From NCBI GenBank assembly GCA_040880025.1, contig JBBDJD010000007.1, positions 64,035 to 128,034 of the forward strand: a stretch of 64,000 bases of DNA, given 5' to 3'. Position 1 is the stretch's first letter, and each line of letters begins with the position of its first letter. Below, piece after piece: positions 40,487-49,640 of this stretch. The notes under the pieces are model-generated. The model had not been told where the DNA came from and did not search any database. It was given only the letters and a program-made list of their open reading frames with translations. Both the position numbers and the translations under genes were made by a program. The DNA is from Rhizobiaceae bacterium. GTDB taxonomy: Bacteria; Pseudomonadota; Alphaproteobacteria; Rhizobiales; Rhizobiaceae.

Positions 40487-40603
40487 GCGAATAGTGAGTA
40501 GCGAGTAGCGAACGGGGCAGGCCGGCAAAGCTTGTCCGGGGTCCATTCGCGAAGTTCATCCTACTCGCTACTCGCTACTCGCTACTCGCTACTCGCTACT
40601 CAC
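40487..40603. repeat. Heptamer tandem repeat forming an inverted-repeat hairpin
   Basis: (CTACTCG)5-CTACTCA at 40561-40602; complementary arm at 40494-40511 pairs perfectly over 18 bp with 40586-40603. Confidence 0.9.
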
Positions 40604-40618
40604 GGGAGGGAACCGACA

Positions 40619-41812
40619 ATGGTCAGCGCATCGAAGAGCCAAGCAGCAAGCGGTCCCATCCGCCTTGGCATGGTGGGCGGCGGGCAGGGCGCCTTCATCG
40701 GCGCGGTGCACCGCATCGCCTCGCGCATCGACGGCGAGTATCAGCTGGTGGCGGGCGCGCTGAGTTCCGATCCCAAGCGTGCGGCGGCATCCGCGGCCGA
40801 ACTCGGCATCGCGCCCGAGCGCTCCTATGCCAGCTTTGCCCAGATGGCCAAGGCGGAAGCCAAGCGTCCCGACGGCATCGAGGCGGTGGCCATCGTGACG
40901 CCCAACCATGTCCACTTTCCCGCCGCGAAGGCCTTCCTGGAGGCCGGCATCCATGTCATCTGCGACAAGCCGCTGACCTCCACGCTGGCCGATGCGAAGA
41001 AGCTCGCCGCGCTGGTGAAGAAGAGCGGCAGGCTGTTTGTTCTGACCCACAACTACACCGGCTATCCGATGGTCCGGCACGCGCGCGAGATGGTGGCCTC
41101 AGGCAAGCTCGGCACGATCCGCCTAGTCCATGCCGAATACCCGCAGGACTGGCTGACCACCGACCTTGAGAAGACCGGCCAGAAGCAGGCGGCATGGCGC
41201 ACCGATCCCGCAAAGTCGGGCGCCGGCGGCGCCACCGGCGATATCGGCACGCATGCCTGGAACCTTGCCCGCTTCGTCTCGGGTCTGGAGCTCGACAGCC
41301 TGTCGGCCGACCTCGATGCCTTCGTCAAGGGCCGCCGCGTCGACGACAACGCCCACATCATGCTGCGCTTCAAGAAGAAGGGTGCGGCACCCGCGGCCAA
41401 GGGCATGATCTGGGCCTCCCAGGTGGCGCCCGGCAACGAGAACGGCCTCAAGCTGCGCGTCTATGGCGACAGAGGCGGGCTGGAATGGGAGCAGGAGCAT
41501 CCCAACCATCTCTGGTACACCCCCTTCGGCGAGGAAAAGCGCCTCATCACCAGAAACGGCGCCGGAGCGCTTCAAGCCGCAACCCGCGTGTCGCGCATTC
41601 CCCCCGGCCACCCGGAAGGCTATCTCGAAGGCTTCGCCAACATCTACACCGAAGCCGCCCGCGCCATCCGCGCGGCCCGCCCCAAAGCCGCCAAACTCGA
41701 CAAGGCCGTCATCTACCCCACCGTCACCGACGGCCTCGAAGGCGTCGCATTCGTTACCGCATGCGTCAAATCCGCAAAACAAAACGCAAAATGGACAAAA
41801 CTCGAAATGTGA
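40619..41812 (+). CDS. Gfo/Idh/MocA family oxidoreductase
   Basis: GMVGGGQGAFIG, VTPNHVH, CDKP, DIGTHA. Confidence 0.93.
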   Translation: MVSASKSQAASGPIRLGMVGGGQGAFIGAVHRIASRIDGEYQLVAGALSSDPKRAAASAAELGIAPERSYASFAQMAKAEAKRPDGIEAVAIVTPNHVHFPAAKAFLEAGIHVICDKPLTSTLADAKKLAALVKKSGRLFVLTHNYTGYPMVRHAREMVASGKLGTIRLVHAEYPQDWLTTDLEKTGQKQAAWRTDPAKSGAGGATGDIGTHAWNLARFVSGLELDSLSADLDAFVKGRRVDDNAHIMLRFKKKGAAPAAKGMIWASQVAPGNENGLKLRVYGDRGGLEWEQEHPNHLWYTPFGEEKRLITRNGAGALQAATRVSRIPPGHPEGYLEGFANIYTEAARAIRAARPKAAKLDKAVIYPTVTDGLEGVAFVTACVKSAKQNAKWTKLEM

Positions 41813-41846
41813 AGGGGGCGGAAATGGAGAACGGGAGGCCTGCTGC

Positions 41847-42698
41847 GTGAAGATCGGCATGTGCATGTTTTTGTGGACCACGCATGTCACCCGGGAGCAC
41901 GAGGCGCTGCTTCGCGACATCAAGGCGACGGGTTTCGACGGGGTGGAAATCCCGATCTTCGAGGGAACACCCGAGCACTATACGGATCTCGGCGGATTGC
42001 TGGACGAGATCGGGCTGGAGCGAACGGCCGTCGCGGCGATGGGCGACCCGGCGATGAACCTGATCTCGGCCGAGGCGGCGGAACGCGATGCCGGCGTCGA
42101 TCACATGAAATGGGTCATCGACTGCACGGCGGCTCTCGGCGCGGACACGGTGAGCGGGCCGCTGCATTCCACGCTCGGTCATTTCAGCGGCGAGGGGCCG
42201 AGTGAGGCTGAGTGGTCACGCGCGGTCGAGGCGCTGAAGGCGATTGGAGACTACGCGGCCACCAAGGGCGTGACCATCGGGCTCGAGGCGCTCAACCGCT
42301 TCGAATGCTACCTGGTCAACACGATGGACGATTTGTCGAGACTGATCGACGACGTCGGCCATCCCAACATCAGGGCGATGTACGATACCTTTCACGCCAA
42401 TATCGAGGAGGCCGATCCTGTCGGCGCCTTCACCCGCAATCTGCGCAACATCGTCCATGTGCATATTTCGGAGAATGACCGCGGCGTGCCTGGGCGCGGC
42501 AACATCCCGTGGGCCGAGACCTTCGCGGCGATCCGCGCAAGCGGCTATGACGACTGGCTGACCATAGAGGCTTTCGGGCGCGGCCTGCCCGACCTTGCTG
42601 CGGCGACCAAGGTGTGGCGCGATTTCGCCGAAAGTCCGGGAGCGGTCTACCGCGAAGGTCACGCACATATCGCGCGAAGCTGGGAGGCCGCGGTCTAA
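41847..42698 (+). CDS. D-psicose/D-tagatose 3-epimerase family protein
   Basis: GFDGVEIP, LEALNRFE, YDTFH, HISENDRG, IEAF; GTG start. Confidence 0.88.
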   Translation: MKIGMCMFLWTTHVTREHEALLRDIKATGFDGVEIPIFEGTPEHYTDLGGLLDEIGLERTAVAAMGDPAMNLISAEAAERDAGVDHMKWVIDCTAALGADTVSGPLHSTLGHFSGEGPSEAEWSRAVEALKAIGDYAATKGVTIGLEALNRFECYLVNTMDDLSRLIDDVGHPNIRAMYDTFHANIEEADPVGAFTRNLRNIVHVHISENDRGVPGRGNIPWAETFAAIRASGYDDWLTIEAFGRGLPDLAAATKVWRDFAESPGAVYREGHAHIARSWEAAV

Positions 42699-42708
42699 CT
42701 GCGGCGGT

Positions 42709-43185
42709 CTATTTCCCGTCGATTTCAGGGGTCGCCGGGGGACCACCCCGCAGATCGGCGATGAGCGCCTTCATCTCCGCTATCTCGCGCCGCTGCGCCT
42801 CGATGATTTCGTCAGCCAGCTTGCGGACGCGCGGATCGGAAATCTCCGAGCGTTCGGACGTCAGGATGGCGATCGAATGGTGCGGGATCATCGCGCGCAT
42901 ATAGGAGACGTCCTGCACGGTCGCCTGGCTGCGCAGCAGAAAGAGCGAAGCGGCGAAGACAATCGCGGCACCGGCATAAATGGCCATATTCGCGTTTCTG
43001 TTCGTATACATGCCGAGCATGAAGGACAGCATGATCACCGCCATCGCGGCACCCATATAGAGCGCCATATAGGTGCGGGTCTCGCTGTAGAAGATATGAT
43101 CCCAAGCGTAGGTGTTGAGATACATCAGGCCGAACATCACCACGGTCGAGGTGGCGATCATCGCGAAAAAGCGGACGTAAGACAT
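42709..43185 (-). CDS. DUF305 domain membrane protein (copper-cluster associated)
   Basis: Four TMs followed by MIPHHSIAI...IIEAQRREI. Confidence 0.85.
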   Translation of the reverse strand: MSYVRFFAMIATSTVVMFGLMYLNTYAWDHIFYSETRTYMALYMGAAMAVIMLSFMLGMYTNRNANMAIYAGAAIVFAASLFLLRSQATVQDVSYMRAMIPHHSIAILTSERSEISDPRVRKLADEIIEAQRREIAEMKALIADLRGGPPATPEIDGK

Positions 43186-43249
43186 AGGCACTTCCCTGTG
43201 GGGCAACTGCTTCAACAACGATGTGCAAGGAGATGGGTTCCCGGCCGAT

Positions 43250-43413
43250 ATTAGCCCGGATCATCTGCCCCACCGCCTTCATGTGCGCCGCGATGTCCTT
43301 CATCATCTCCATACGCTCTTTCACGACGCCGTCGGCTCCCCGTGGGCAAGGGCCGCGACGCCGAATGCGAGGAACAGAGCGGCGGCGGCGGCGGCAAATG
43401 TCGGAAGTCTCAA
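43250..43413 (-). pseudogene. Frameshifted, truncated cytochrome c'/c556-like gene
   Basis: Signal peptide LRLPTFAAAAALFLAFGVAALAH runs into TGA at 43321; after a frameshift near 43335-43344 the sequence reads ADGVVKERMEMMKDIAAHMKAVGQMIR, then homology ends before any CxxCH. Confidence 0.6.
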
Positions 43414-43475
43414 ACTGTCATCCTGTCTGATCGTGGCCCGCAGGACCTCGTCGATGGCAGTGGTTGGTGGTGACG

Positions 43476-43890
43476 CTAGAAGATGCCGTTCGCGCGCTGC
43501 AGGGTGCGGATATAGGCAACAATCCTCTCGATTTCGGTATCCGTTATGCCGTCGACCGGCGGCATATCACCGAAACGCCAATGGTGGGCGGGAACGCCCT
43601 GTTTCGCGGCGGTAGAAGGACTGATCGCCGTGGTGGTTCGGCTCGTAGATGATGTGGACCAGCGGTGGGGCGACGCCTTGCTGCCCGGCCGCGTTGGCGC
43701 CATGACAATCCGCGCAGTTCTCGTTGAAGGCCGCTTCACCGGCTTGCGCCGCCGCGTCGAGTTGCGGCACGGTTACATCCACCAGCGGTGGACCGGATGC
43801 GGTCCGCGGATCGGGACGCGGGTAGTAGCGCCAAGCGACGGCGGCAATCACCGCAAGTGCAACGACCCTAAGGATCAATCGGCTTTTCAT
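43476..43890 (-). pseudogene. Frameshifted monoheme cytochrome c
   Basis: N-terminal frame contains CADCH and PPLVHIIYEPNHHGD; the C-terminus AAKQGVPAHHWRFGDMPPVDG...RANGI lies in another frame; break near 43607-43613. Confidence 0.8.
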
Positions 43891-43923
43891 GCGCTGTTGT
43901 TCCGAGCCAGTCCCGACGGATTC

Positions 43924-43954
43924 CGTTTAGGGGTTCCACCTGCTGGAAGGTCAA
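43924..43954 (-). promoter_or_regulatory. CueR (MerR-family)-type promoter/operator
   Basis: On the minus strand TTGACC-19bp-TAAACG, containing ACCTTCC-N7-GGAACCC (CueR consensus ACCTTCC-N7-GGAAGGT). Confidence 0.75.
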
Positions 43955-44115
43955 GCGCTTGCTCGCAGTTCGTTTGTTTTCGCTCACGGGCCGTTTCGCT
44001 CACTTCGTTTGCGGGCCCTCCGCGGGGCCTCGCATTGGCTCGGACGGACGGTCGTCCTTGCGGCCTTCGGCCGAGTTTCATCATCGCCACGCCTCGTTGC
44101 CGGTCTGGCATTTGT

Positions 44116-44142
44116 CATCCTTCGACAGGCTCATGATGAGGG
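44116..44142 (-). repeat. REP-like element, second copy
   Basis: Reverse complement reads ccctcatcatgagcctgtcgaaggatg. Confidence 0.55.
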
Positions 44143-44162
44143 AGCCAAATTTGCTCGCGTCC

Positions 44163-44801
44163 CTAGAGGTTGATCGCCTCGAGCTCCAACCGCAATTCTT
44201 TGAGAATCCGACCTAGACGCTGCTTATCGGCGTATTCCATGTGTCGAAACGGCCAAGGATCAGACGCAATCGCGTCGATCACCGCCAACACATCGAGAAG
44301 CATACGGGGCAAGCCAGCCAATTCGATTGACCATCCCGCTGGCGCAAAATGGGCAAACTGCCTGCGAAGATTGTTCAGTCTCCGAAATGAGCTTCGCTGT
44401 GCCGGCATAACTTCGAGAGGTTCACCGGCCCCCTCGCATCGCTTGGTCTTTCGATAGAGTCGCTCGAAAAGGGTCGCTGGGTCTGCAAGTCGCTGGTCTG
44501 GAAATGCGTCGCGCTCGGGTTTCCTTTCGGACTCTATGGCGTCGTCCCCGGCTGCCTGCTGGTGGTCCTTTTCATGCCACTCAATTGTCTCGACCCAGGA
44601 TTTCTTGGACAGGGCACCAAGCTGAGCCGTTCCCGACAGGTGGCAAACCATCGCCCCTTGGAGCGCGCTATGCATCGATAGAATGGCCCATTTCCAGAAG
44701 GCCGGCTCTTCGCTCACCCTCCTGATGCATTCGATACATTCGATCAGCGAGACAAGGACGTCCGTGCGCTCGTCAATCCTGAGCCAATCGCCATCCGCCA
44801 T
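44163..44801 (-). CDS. Hypothetical protein, possible HEPN superfamily
   Basis: Predominantly helical pattern; WKWAILSMHSALQG and an Rx4H motif (LRRQFAH) at 44349-44366; codon usage unlike flanking genes. Confidence 0.5.
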   Translation of the reverse strand: MADGDWLRIDERTDVLVSLIECIECIRRVSEEPAFWKWAILSMHSALQGAMVCHLSGTAQLGALSKKSWVETIEWHEKDHQQAAGDDAIESERKPERDAFPDQRLADPATLFERLYRKTKRCEGAGEPLEVMPAQRSSFRRLNNLRRQFAHFAPAGWSIELAGLPRMLLDVLAVIDAIASDPWPFRHMEYADKQRLGRILKELRLELEAINL

Positions 44802-44838
44802 TCGACTGAGCCTTTCGCTATGAGCCGAGCCCTGCTTC

Positions 44839-45855
44839 TCACTCCTCGGTCAGCACAAACTCCAGATAGAGATTGCGCTGGAGGATGGAGTGGTTGTCGT
44901 CCGAGACGATCGAAACGATCAGCGCGCCGTCTTCGCGGCGCCAGACATCCAGTCCCTCCATATTGTCGATCTGGTAGGACATGTCGGCCTCCAGCAGCAC
45001 CGGGCCGTCGGCAATGGAGCCGGGACGGATGGTGCCGGCCTCGATGCGCCGCAGCCGCATGGCCACGCCGGTTGCCATCGAAAAACGGCGCTCCAGCAAA
45101 AGCAGATCGCCGTCGGGCAGGAACGCGCCGTCGGTGATGTCGAAATCGCCTGACCGCGCGACCTTGAAGATGCCCTTCAGCGGACCCTCCAGAATAGCGG
45201 CGAAAGTGTTGCCGTCGCCGTCTATCGAACGCTCGGTGACGGCAATGCGCGCGCCGGCGAGCGGGCCGTTGTCGGGCGCGCGGGCAATCGCCTCGAAGCC
45301 GCGGTTGTTCCTCAGCTCCGCACGCGGGACAAGATAGTCGAGCGTGCCGGTCTGGCCTTTCATCCCGTCGGGTTCGAGCGCGAATTCGCGGATCTTGTGC
45401 TCGCGCTCGAAGCTGACGGTCGCCGTGTCGCCCGAAATGGAAAGCCCCTCGGCATCTGTTTCCCATTTGCCATCGATCGGTTCGCCGGCCTCGTCCACCA
45501 TCGGCATCATGCGGAATTCCGTCATGCCGACGGGACCCAACTCCGCGTCGCGCTCGATTTGACCGAAGAACCAGAAGCCGGTGTCGGTGACGCCGACGAA
45601 ATTTTCGCCGGCGTCCAGAAAGCGGATCGCCGACATGGCGCCGAAGTCGCCGGGGCCGGAGAGGCTCAGGCCGCCGACGAATTCGAGCGGACCGAAGCGG
45701 GTCGTGTCGCGGCCGATATGGAAGTTTTCGATGCGGCGGGCATCGAGGGTTATGTCCTCGACGAGCGAGGATTGCGCATACGAAGCGCCCACGGTTGCCC
45801 AGAGGGTCAGGAATAGCCCAGGCAGGGCGCGGCCGATGCGCTGGAGGATGCTCAG
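44839..45855 (-). CDS. Esterase-like activity of phytase family protein
   Basis: GAMSAI, VTDTG, DAEGL, EGLD.W...IVSDDN beta-propeller motifs; start either GTG 45792 or CTG 45855. Confidence 0.85.
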   Translation of the reverse strand: MSILQRIGRALPGLFLTLWATVGASYAQSSLVEDITLDARRIENFHIGRDTTRFGPLEFVGGLSLSGPGDFGAMSAIRFLDAGENFVGVTDTGFWFFGQIERDAELGPVGMTEFRMMPMVDEAGEPIDGKWETDAEGLSISGDTATVSFEREHKIREFALEPDGMKGQTGTLDYLVPRAELRNNRGFEAIARAPDNGPLAGARIAVTERSIDGDGNTFAAILEGPLKGIFKVARSGDFDITDGAFLPDGDLLLLERRFSMATGVAMRLRRIEAGTIRPGSIADGPVLLEADMSYQIDNMEGLDVWRREDGALIVSIVSDDNHSILQRNLYLEFVLTEE

Positions 45856-47744
45856 CTTGCCCGCCTCATGTTGCGCGCGCCGTTCCGCGCGGCCTCCTCG
45901 CCGAACAGAGCGGCGAGCTGCTCGGTCATGGCGCCGGCCAGTTCCTCGGCGTCGACGATGGTGACGGCGCGGCGGTAATAACGTGTCACGTCATGGCCGA
46001 TGCCGATGGCGATCAGCTCGACCGGCGAGCGGGTTTCGATCAGGTCGATCACGGCGCGCAAATGGCGCTCGAGATAGTTGCCGGGGTTGACCGAAAGCGT
46101 GGAATCGTCGACCGGCGCGCCGTCGGAAATCATCATCAGTATGCGGCGCTGCTCGGGCCGCGCGATGAGGCGCTGATGCGCCCACAAAAGCGCCTCGCCG
46201 TCGATGTTTTCCTTCAGCAGACCCTCGCGCATCATCAGGCCGAGATTGCGCCTGGCGCGGCGCCAGGGCGTATCGGCCGATTTGTAGATGATGTGGCGCA
46301 GATCGTTGAGCCGGCCGGGGCTGGCGGGCTTGCCGTCCTTCAGCCATTTCTCGCGCGACTGGCCGCCCTTCCATGCGCGGGTGGTGAAGCCCAGGATCTC
46401 GACCGAGACGCCGCAACGCTCCAGCGTGCGGGCCAGGATGTCGGCGCAGGTGGCCGCCACCGTGATCGGGCGGCCGCGCATGGAGCCGGAGTTGTCGAGC
46501 AGCAGCGTGACGACCGTGTCGCGGAAACTGGTGTCGCGCTCCTGCTTGTAGGAGAGCGGCTGCATGGGGTCGAGGATGATGCGCACCAGCCGCGCGGGGT
46601 CGAGATAGCCTTCCTCGAGGTCGAAGTCCCAGGAACGATTCTGCTGCGCCATCAGGCGGCGCTGCAGCCGGTTGGCGAGCCGGCCGACGACGCCGGCCAG
46701 ATTGGCGAGCTGCTTGTCGAGGAAGGCGCGCAGGCGGTCGAGCTCCTCCTGATCGCACAGTTCCTCAGCCCCCACCGTCTCGTCGAAGCCGGTGGTAAAG
46801 ACCTTGTAGTCGAGCTGGCGGGGCAGGTCGCCCAGCGGATCGTTGGGCCGCCTGGCCTCGCCTGGCGTCTCGGCGTCGAGATCGTCGTCAGCCATCTCGT
46901 CGGCATCGGCGTCGACGGCTTCGCTCTCGCCGGTCTGCTCCTGATCGGCGTCGGCGTCCGATTCCTCGGCCTGGCTGTCGTCGGAGCCGGAATCGGTCTC
47001 GCCGGTTTCCTCGTTCTGCTCCTCGCCCTCGGGCTGGTCCTCGCTGTCCTGATCGTCCTCCTCCGACTGGTCGTCGTCGCCCAGCTCGTCCGCCATCTCC
47101 ATGGAAACGAGCATGTCGCGCACCATGCGGGCGAAGGCGTCCTGGTCGTCGAGCCTGTCGAGCAGGCCGTCGAGATCGGCGCCAGCCTTTTCCTCGACGA
47201 AGTCGCGCCACAGGCCGACGAGCTTTTTGCCGCTGGCGGGCGCATCGCGGCCGGTGAGGCGCTGGCGAACCATCAGCGCGACGGCTTCCTCCAGCGGCGC
47301 GTCGGCCCTGTCGGCGACTTCGGCAAGGTTGGCCTTGGCGTATTTGTCTTCCAGCATCTGGGCCAGATTGTCGGAGACGCCGCGCATGGAGCGGGCGCCG
47401 ATCGCCTCGACGCGCGCCTGCTCGACAGCGTCATAGATGGCGCGGGCCTGACGGCCGTCGGGCGCCAGACGCGAGTGCAGCCTGGAATCATGGCAGGCGC
47501 GGCGCAGCGCCATGGAATCGCCCAGCCCTCGCGTGATGCCGAGGTCGGTCGCCGTCGGCTTGCGCGGCGGTTCGGGCATGCGGGCATGAGAACCGGTCAG
47601 CGCCGGCTTGTCCTTGGCGAAGGTGACCTCGAAGTCACGGTCGCCGGCAATCGCGCGCATGCAGGCGGCGACCGAACGCTTGAACAGGTCGCTGTCGGCG
47701 TTAGTCTTCGGTCTTCCGCGCGTGTTATCGCCGGGACCGGCCAT
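45852..47744 (-). CDS. cobT: Aerobic cobaltochelatase subunit CobT
   Basis: MAGPGDN start, acidic linker, v[35 protein letters not shown]. Confidence 0.97.
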   Translation of the reverse strand: MAGPGDNTRGRPKTNADSDLFKRSVAACMRAIAGDRDFEVTFAKDKPALTGSHARMPEPPRKPTATDLGITRGLGDSMALRRACHDSRLHSRLAPDGRQARAIYDAVEQARVEAIGARSMRGVSDNLAQMLEDKYAKANLAEVADRADAPLEEAVALMVRQRLTGRDAPASGKKLVGLWRDFVEEKAGADLDGLLDRLDDQDAFARMVRDMLVSMEMADELGDDDQSEEDDQDSEDQPEGEEQNEETGETDSGSDDSQAEESDADADQEQTGESEAVDADADEMADDDLDAETPGEARRPNDPLGDLPRQLDYKVFTTGFDETVGAEELCDQEELDRLRAFLDKQLANLAGVVGRLANRLQRRLMAQQNRSWDFDLEEGYLDPARLVRIILDPMQPLSYKQERDTSFRDTVVTLLLDNSGSMRGRPITVAATCADILARTLERCGVSVEILGFTTRAWKGGQSREKWLKDGKPASPGRLNDLRHIIYKSADTPWRRARRNLGLMMREGLLKENIDGEALLWAHQRLIARPEQRRILMMISDGAPVDDSTLSVNPGNYLERHLRAVIDLIETRSPVELIAIGIGHDVTRYYRRAVTIVDAEELAGAMTEQLAALFGEEAARNGARNMRRAS

Positions 47745-48525
47745 TTTGGGCACTTTCTTTCGACAGATTAGCCGCTTCAACCAATTCGACATACTTTTTA
47801 CTACGGCGGTAAAAATACTTCGGCATTACGCGTACGTATAATTTAGGGGCCAGCAGCCGCAGAATTTGGAGCGTAAGCAAAGCAGTCAAGCAAAAAAATA
47901 TAATAAATCCAATTACATTTTTGTATTTTACGTAATTATAACCTAAAAAATCTCCTATTATACGATCATTTTCATTTTCGCCAGCGCCTACGTCTAGTAA
48001 CCGGCCATCTTGTAGCACCCTAAAGAGTGCCGTGGACTCCATATCAGTTATCATGGTTACGTTAAAATAATCCCCAGGGTCCAATTCACTTCGACTTAAA
48101 ACATGAACATTTGTTAGTTTGGTTGCTCTATACTTCTCCGGCAGGTTGGATGGCATCCACGCAATGGCTAATTGGTTCTCTTGGGAAAACTGTACGTTTT
48201 TTATTCGCCTTTGTGTTTCATTTACTACGGTCACGTCGGTTATTCTAAGTTGGCCAATTTCGACCGTTGAAATTTCCCCCTCTGATATGGGTGCTGCTTT
48301 GTCGATACGTTCATCGTCATTCTCGCTGTTTTGGCGATCCGTATTGAAGGTACTCCTATCGCCGAGATAGGACGCTAGGCAGACAGGGCAGTTGATTATT
48401 GTGTCGCGGCGATAAACAGAAGCACTTGCCTCATCGGTGCCTATTGGAAAAAAAAAATAAGTTGCCGCTGCAACTACAACGCCGCCTATTACCGATATAA
48501 GCACACCTTTTAGGATATCAGACAT
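47725..48525 (-). CDS. AT-rich two-TM ORFan (266 aa) inserted between cobS and cobT
   Basis: Start overlaps cobS stop (TAATG); N- and C-terminal hydrophobic helices; CPVC motif; 47881-47940 has only 12 G+C in 60 nt. Confidence 0.75.
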   Translation of the reverse strand: MSDILKGVLISVIGGVVVAAATYFFFPIGTDEASASVYRRDTIINCPVCLASYLGDRSTFNTDRQNSENDDERIDKAAPISEGEISTVEIGQLRITDVTVVNETQRRIKNVQFSQENQLAIAWMPSNLPEKYRATKLTNVHVLSRSELDPGDYFNVTMITDMESTALFRVLQDGRLLDVGAGENENDRIIGDFLGYNYVKYKNVIGFIIFFCLTALLTLQILRLLAPKLYVRVMPKYFYRRSKKYVELVEAANLSKESAQNGRSRR

Positions 48526-49514
48526 TAACTCAGGACCACGTTGGCCGCGCTTTCGGGCAGTTCCTCGCCGAAGGCGCGCTGGTAGAACTCGGCCACGATC
48601 GGGCGCTCGAGCTCGTCGCACTTGTTGAGGAAGGTCAGCCGGAAAGCAAAGCCGACATCGCCGAAAATCTCGGCGTTTTCCGCCCACATGATGACGGTGC
48701 GCGGGCTCATGACGGTGGAGAGGTCGCCATTGACGAAAGCCGAGCGCGTCATGTCGGCGACGCGGACCATCTTGTTGACGATCTCGCGGCCCTCCGCCGT
48801 GCGGTAGTGCTTGGCCTTGCCCAGCACGATCTCGACTTCCTGATCGTGCGGCAGATAGTTGAGCGTGGTGACGATGGACCAGCGGTCCATCTGCGCCTGG
48901 TTGATCTGCTGGGTGCCATGATAGAGGCCAGTGGTGTCGCCCAAGCCCACAGTATTGGCGGTGGCGAAAATGCGGAAAGCCGGATGCGGACGAATGACGC
49001 GGCTCTGGTCGAGCAGCGTCAGGCGGCCGGACGATTCCAGCACGCGCTGGATGACGAACATCACGTCGGGGCGTCCGGCGTCGTATTCGTCAAACACCAG
49101 GGCGACATTGTGCTGGTAGGCCCAGGGCAGGATGCCGTCGCGGAACTCGGTGACCTGCATGCCGTCCTTGACCACGATGGCGTCCTTGCCGACGAGGTCG
49201 ATGCGGCTGACATGGCTGTCGAGATTGATGCGCACGCAGGGCCAGTTGAGACGCGCCGCCACCTGCTCGATATGGGTCGATTTGCCGGTGCCGTGATAGC
49301 CCGACACCATGACGCGGCGGTTGAAGGCGAAGCCCGACAGGATGGCGAGCGTCGTCTGCCTGTCGAAAAGGTAGTCGGGATCGAAATCCGGGACATAGGA
49401 ATCGGCGGCGGAATAGGCCGGCACGATCATGTCGGACTCGAAGCCGAACGTGTCCATTACCGAGACGGTGGTGTCGGGGAGGTTGGCGATGTCGCGGTCG
49501 ACCTTGTTCATCAT
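48525..49514 (-). CDS. cobS: Aerobic cobaltochelatase subunit CobS (AAA+)
   Basis: [37 protein letters not shown]. Confidence 0.98.
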   Translation of the reverse strand: MMNKVDRDIANLPDTTVSVMDTFGFESDMIVPAYSAADSYVPDFDPDYLFDRQTTLAILSGFAFNRRVMVSGYHGTGKSTHIEQVAARLNWPCVRINLDSHVSRIDLVGKDAIVVKDGMQVTEFRDGILPWAYQHNVALVFDEYDAGRPDVMFVIQRVLESSGRLTLLDQSRVIRPHPAFRIFATANTVGLGDTTGLYHGTQQINQAQMDRWSIVTTLNYLPHDQEVEIVLGKAKHYRTAEGREIVNKMVRVADMTRSAFVNGDLSTVMSPRTVIMWAENAEIFGDVGFAFRLTFLNKCDELERPIVAEFYQRAFGEELPESAANVVLS

Positions 49515-49640
49515 GACTCCAGAGGCGGAACGGCAATCCGCCGGTATTTCCTACAATGGTTCGGAGGCGTGTCTAGTGCGAGATGCGCCAAGATGGAAGC
49601 GGTCGAACCGTCATCAAGGCGTGTCCCGCGCTTCCGCGCT

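Noticed and set aside
40487-40603. Possible CRISPR array
   Set aside because: 7-nt tandem units without spacers and no cas genes; treated as a simple repeat hairpin.
43921-43950. Guanidine-I riboswitch-like TAGGGGTTCC
   Set aside because: The rest of the aptamer is missing; the sequence is better explained as a CueR promoter on the other strand.
49515-49640. Cobalamin riboswitch ahead of cobS
   Set aside because: No B12-box or GGGAA...CTGCCCC core is visible.
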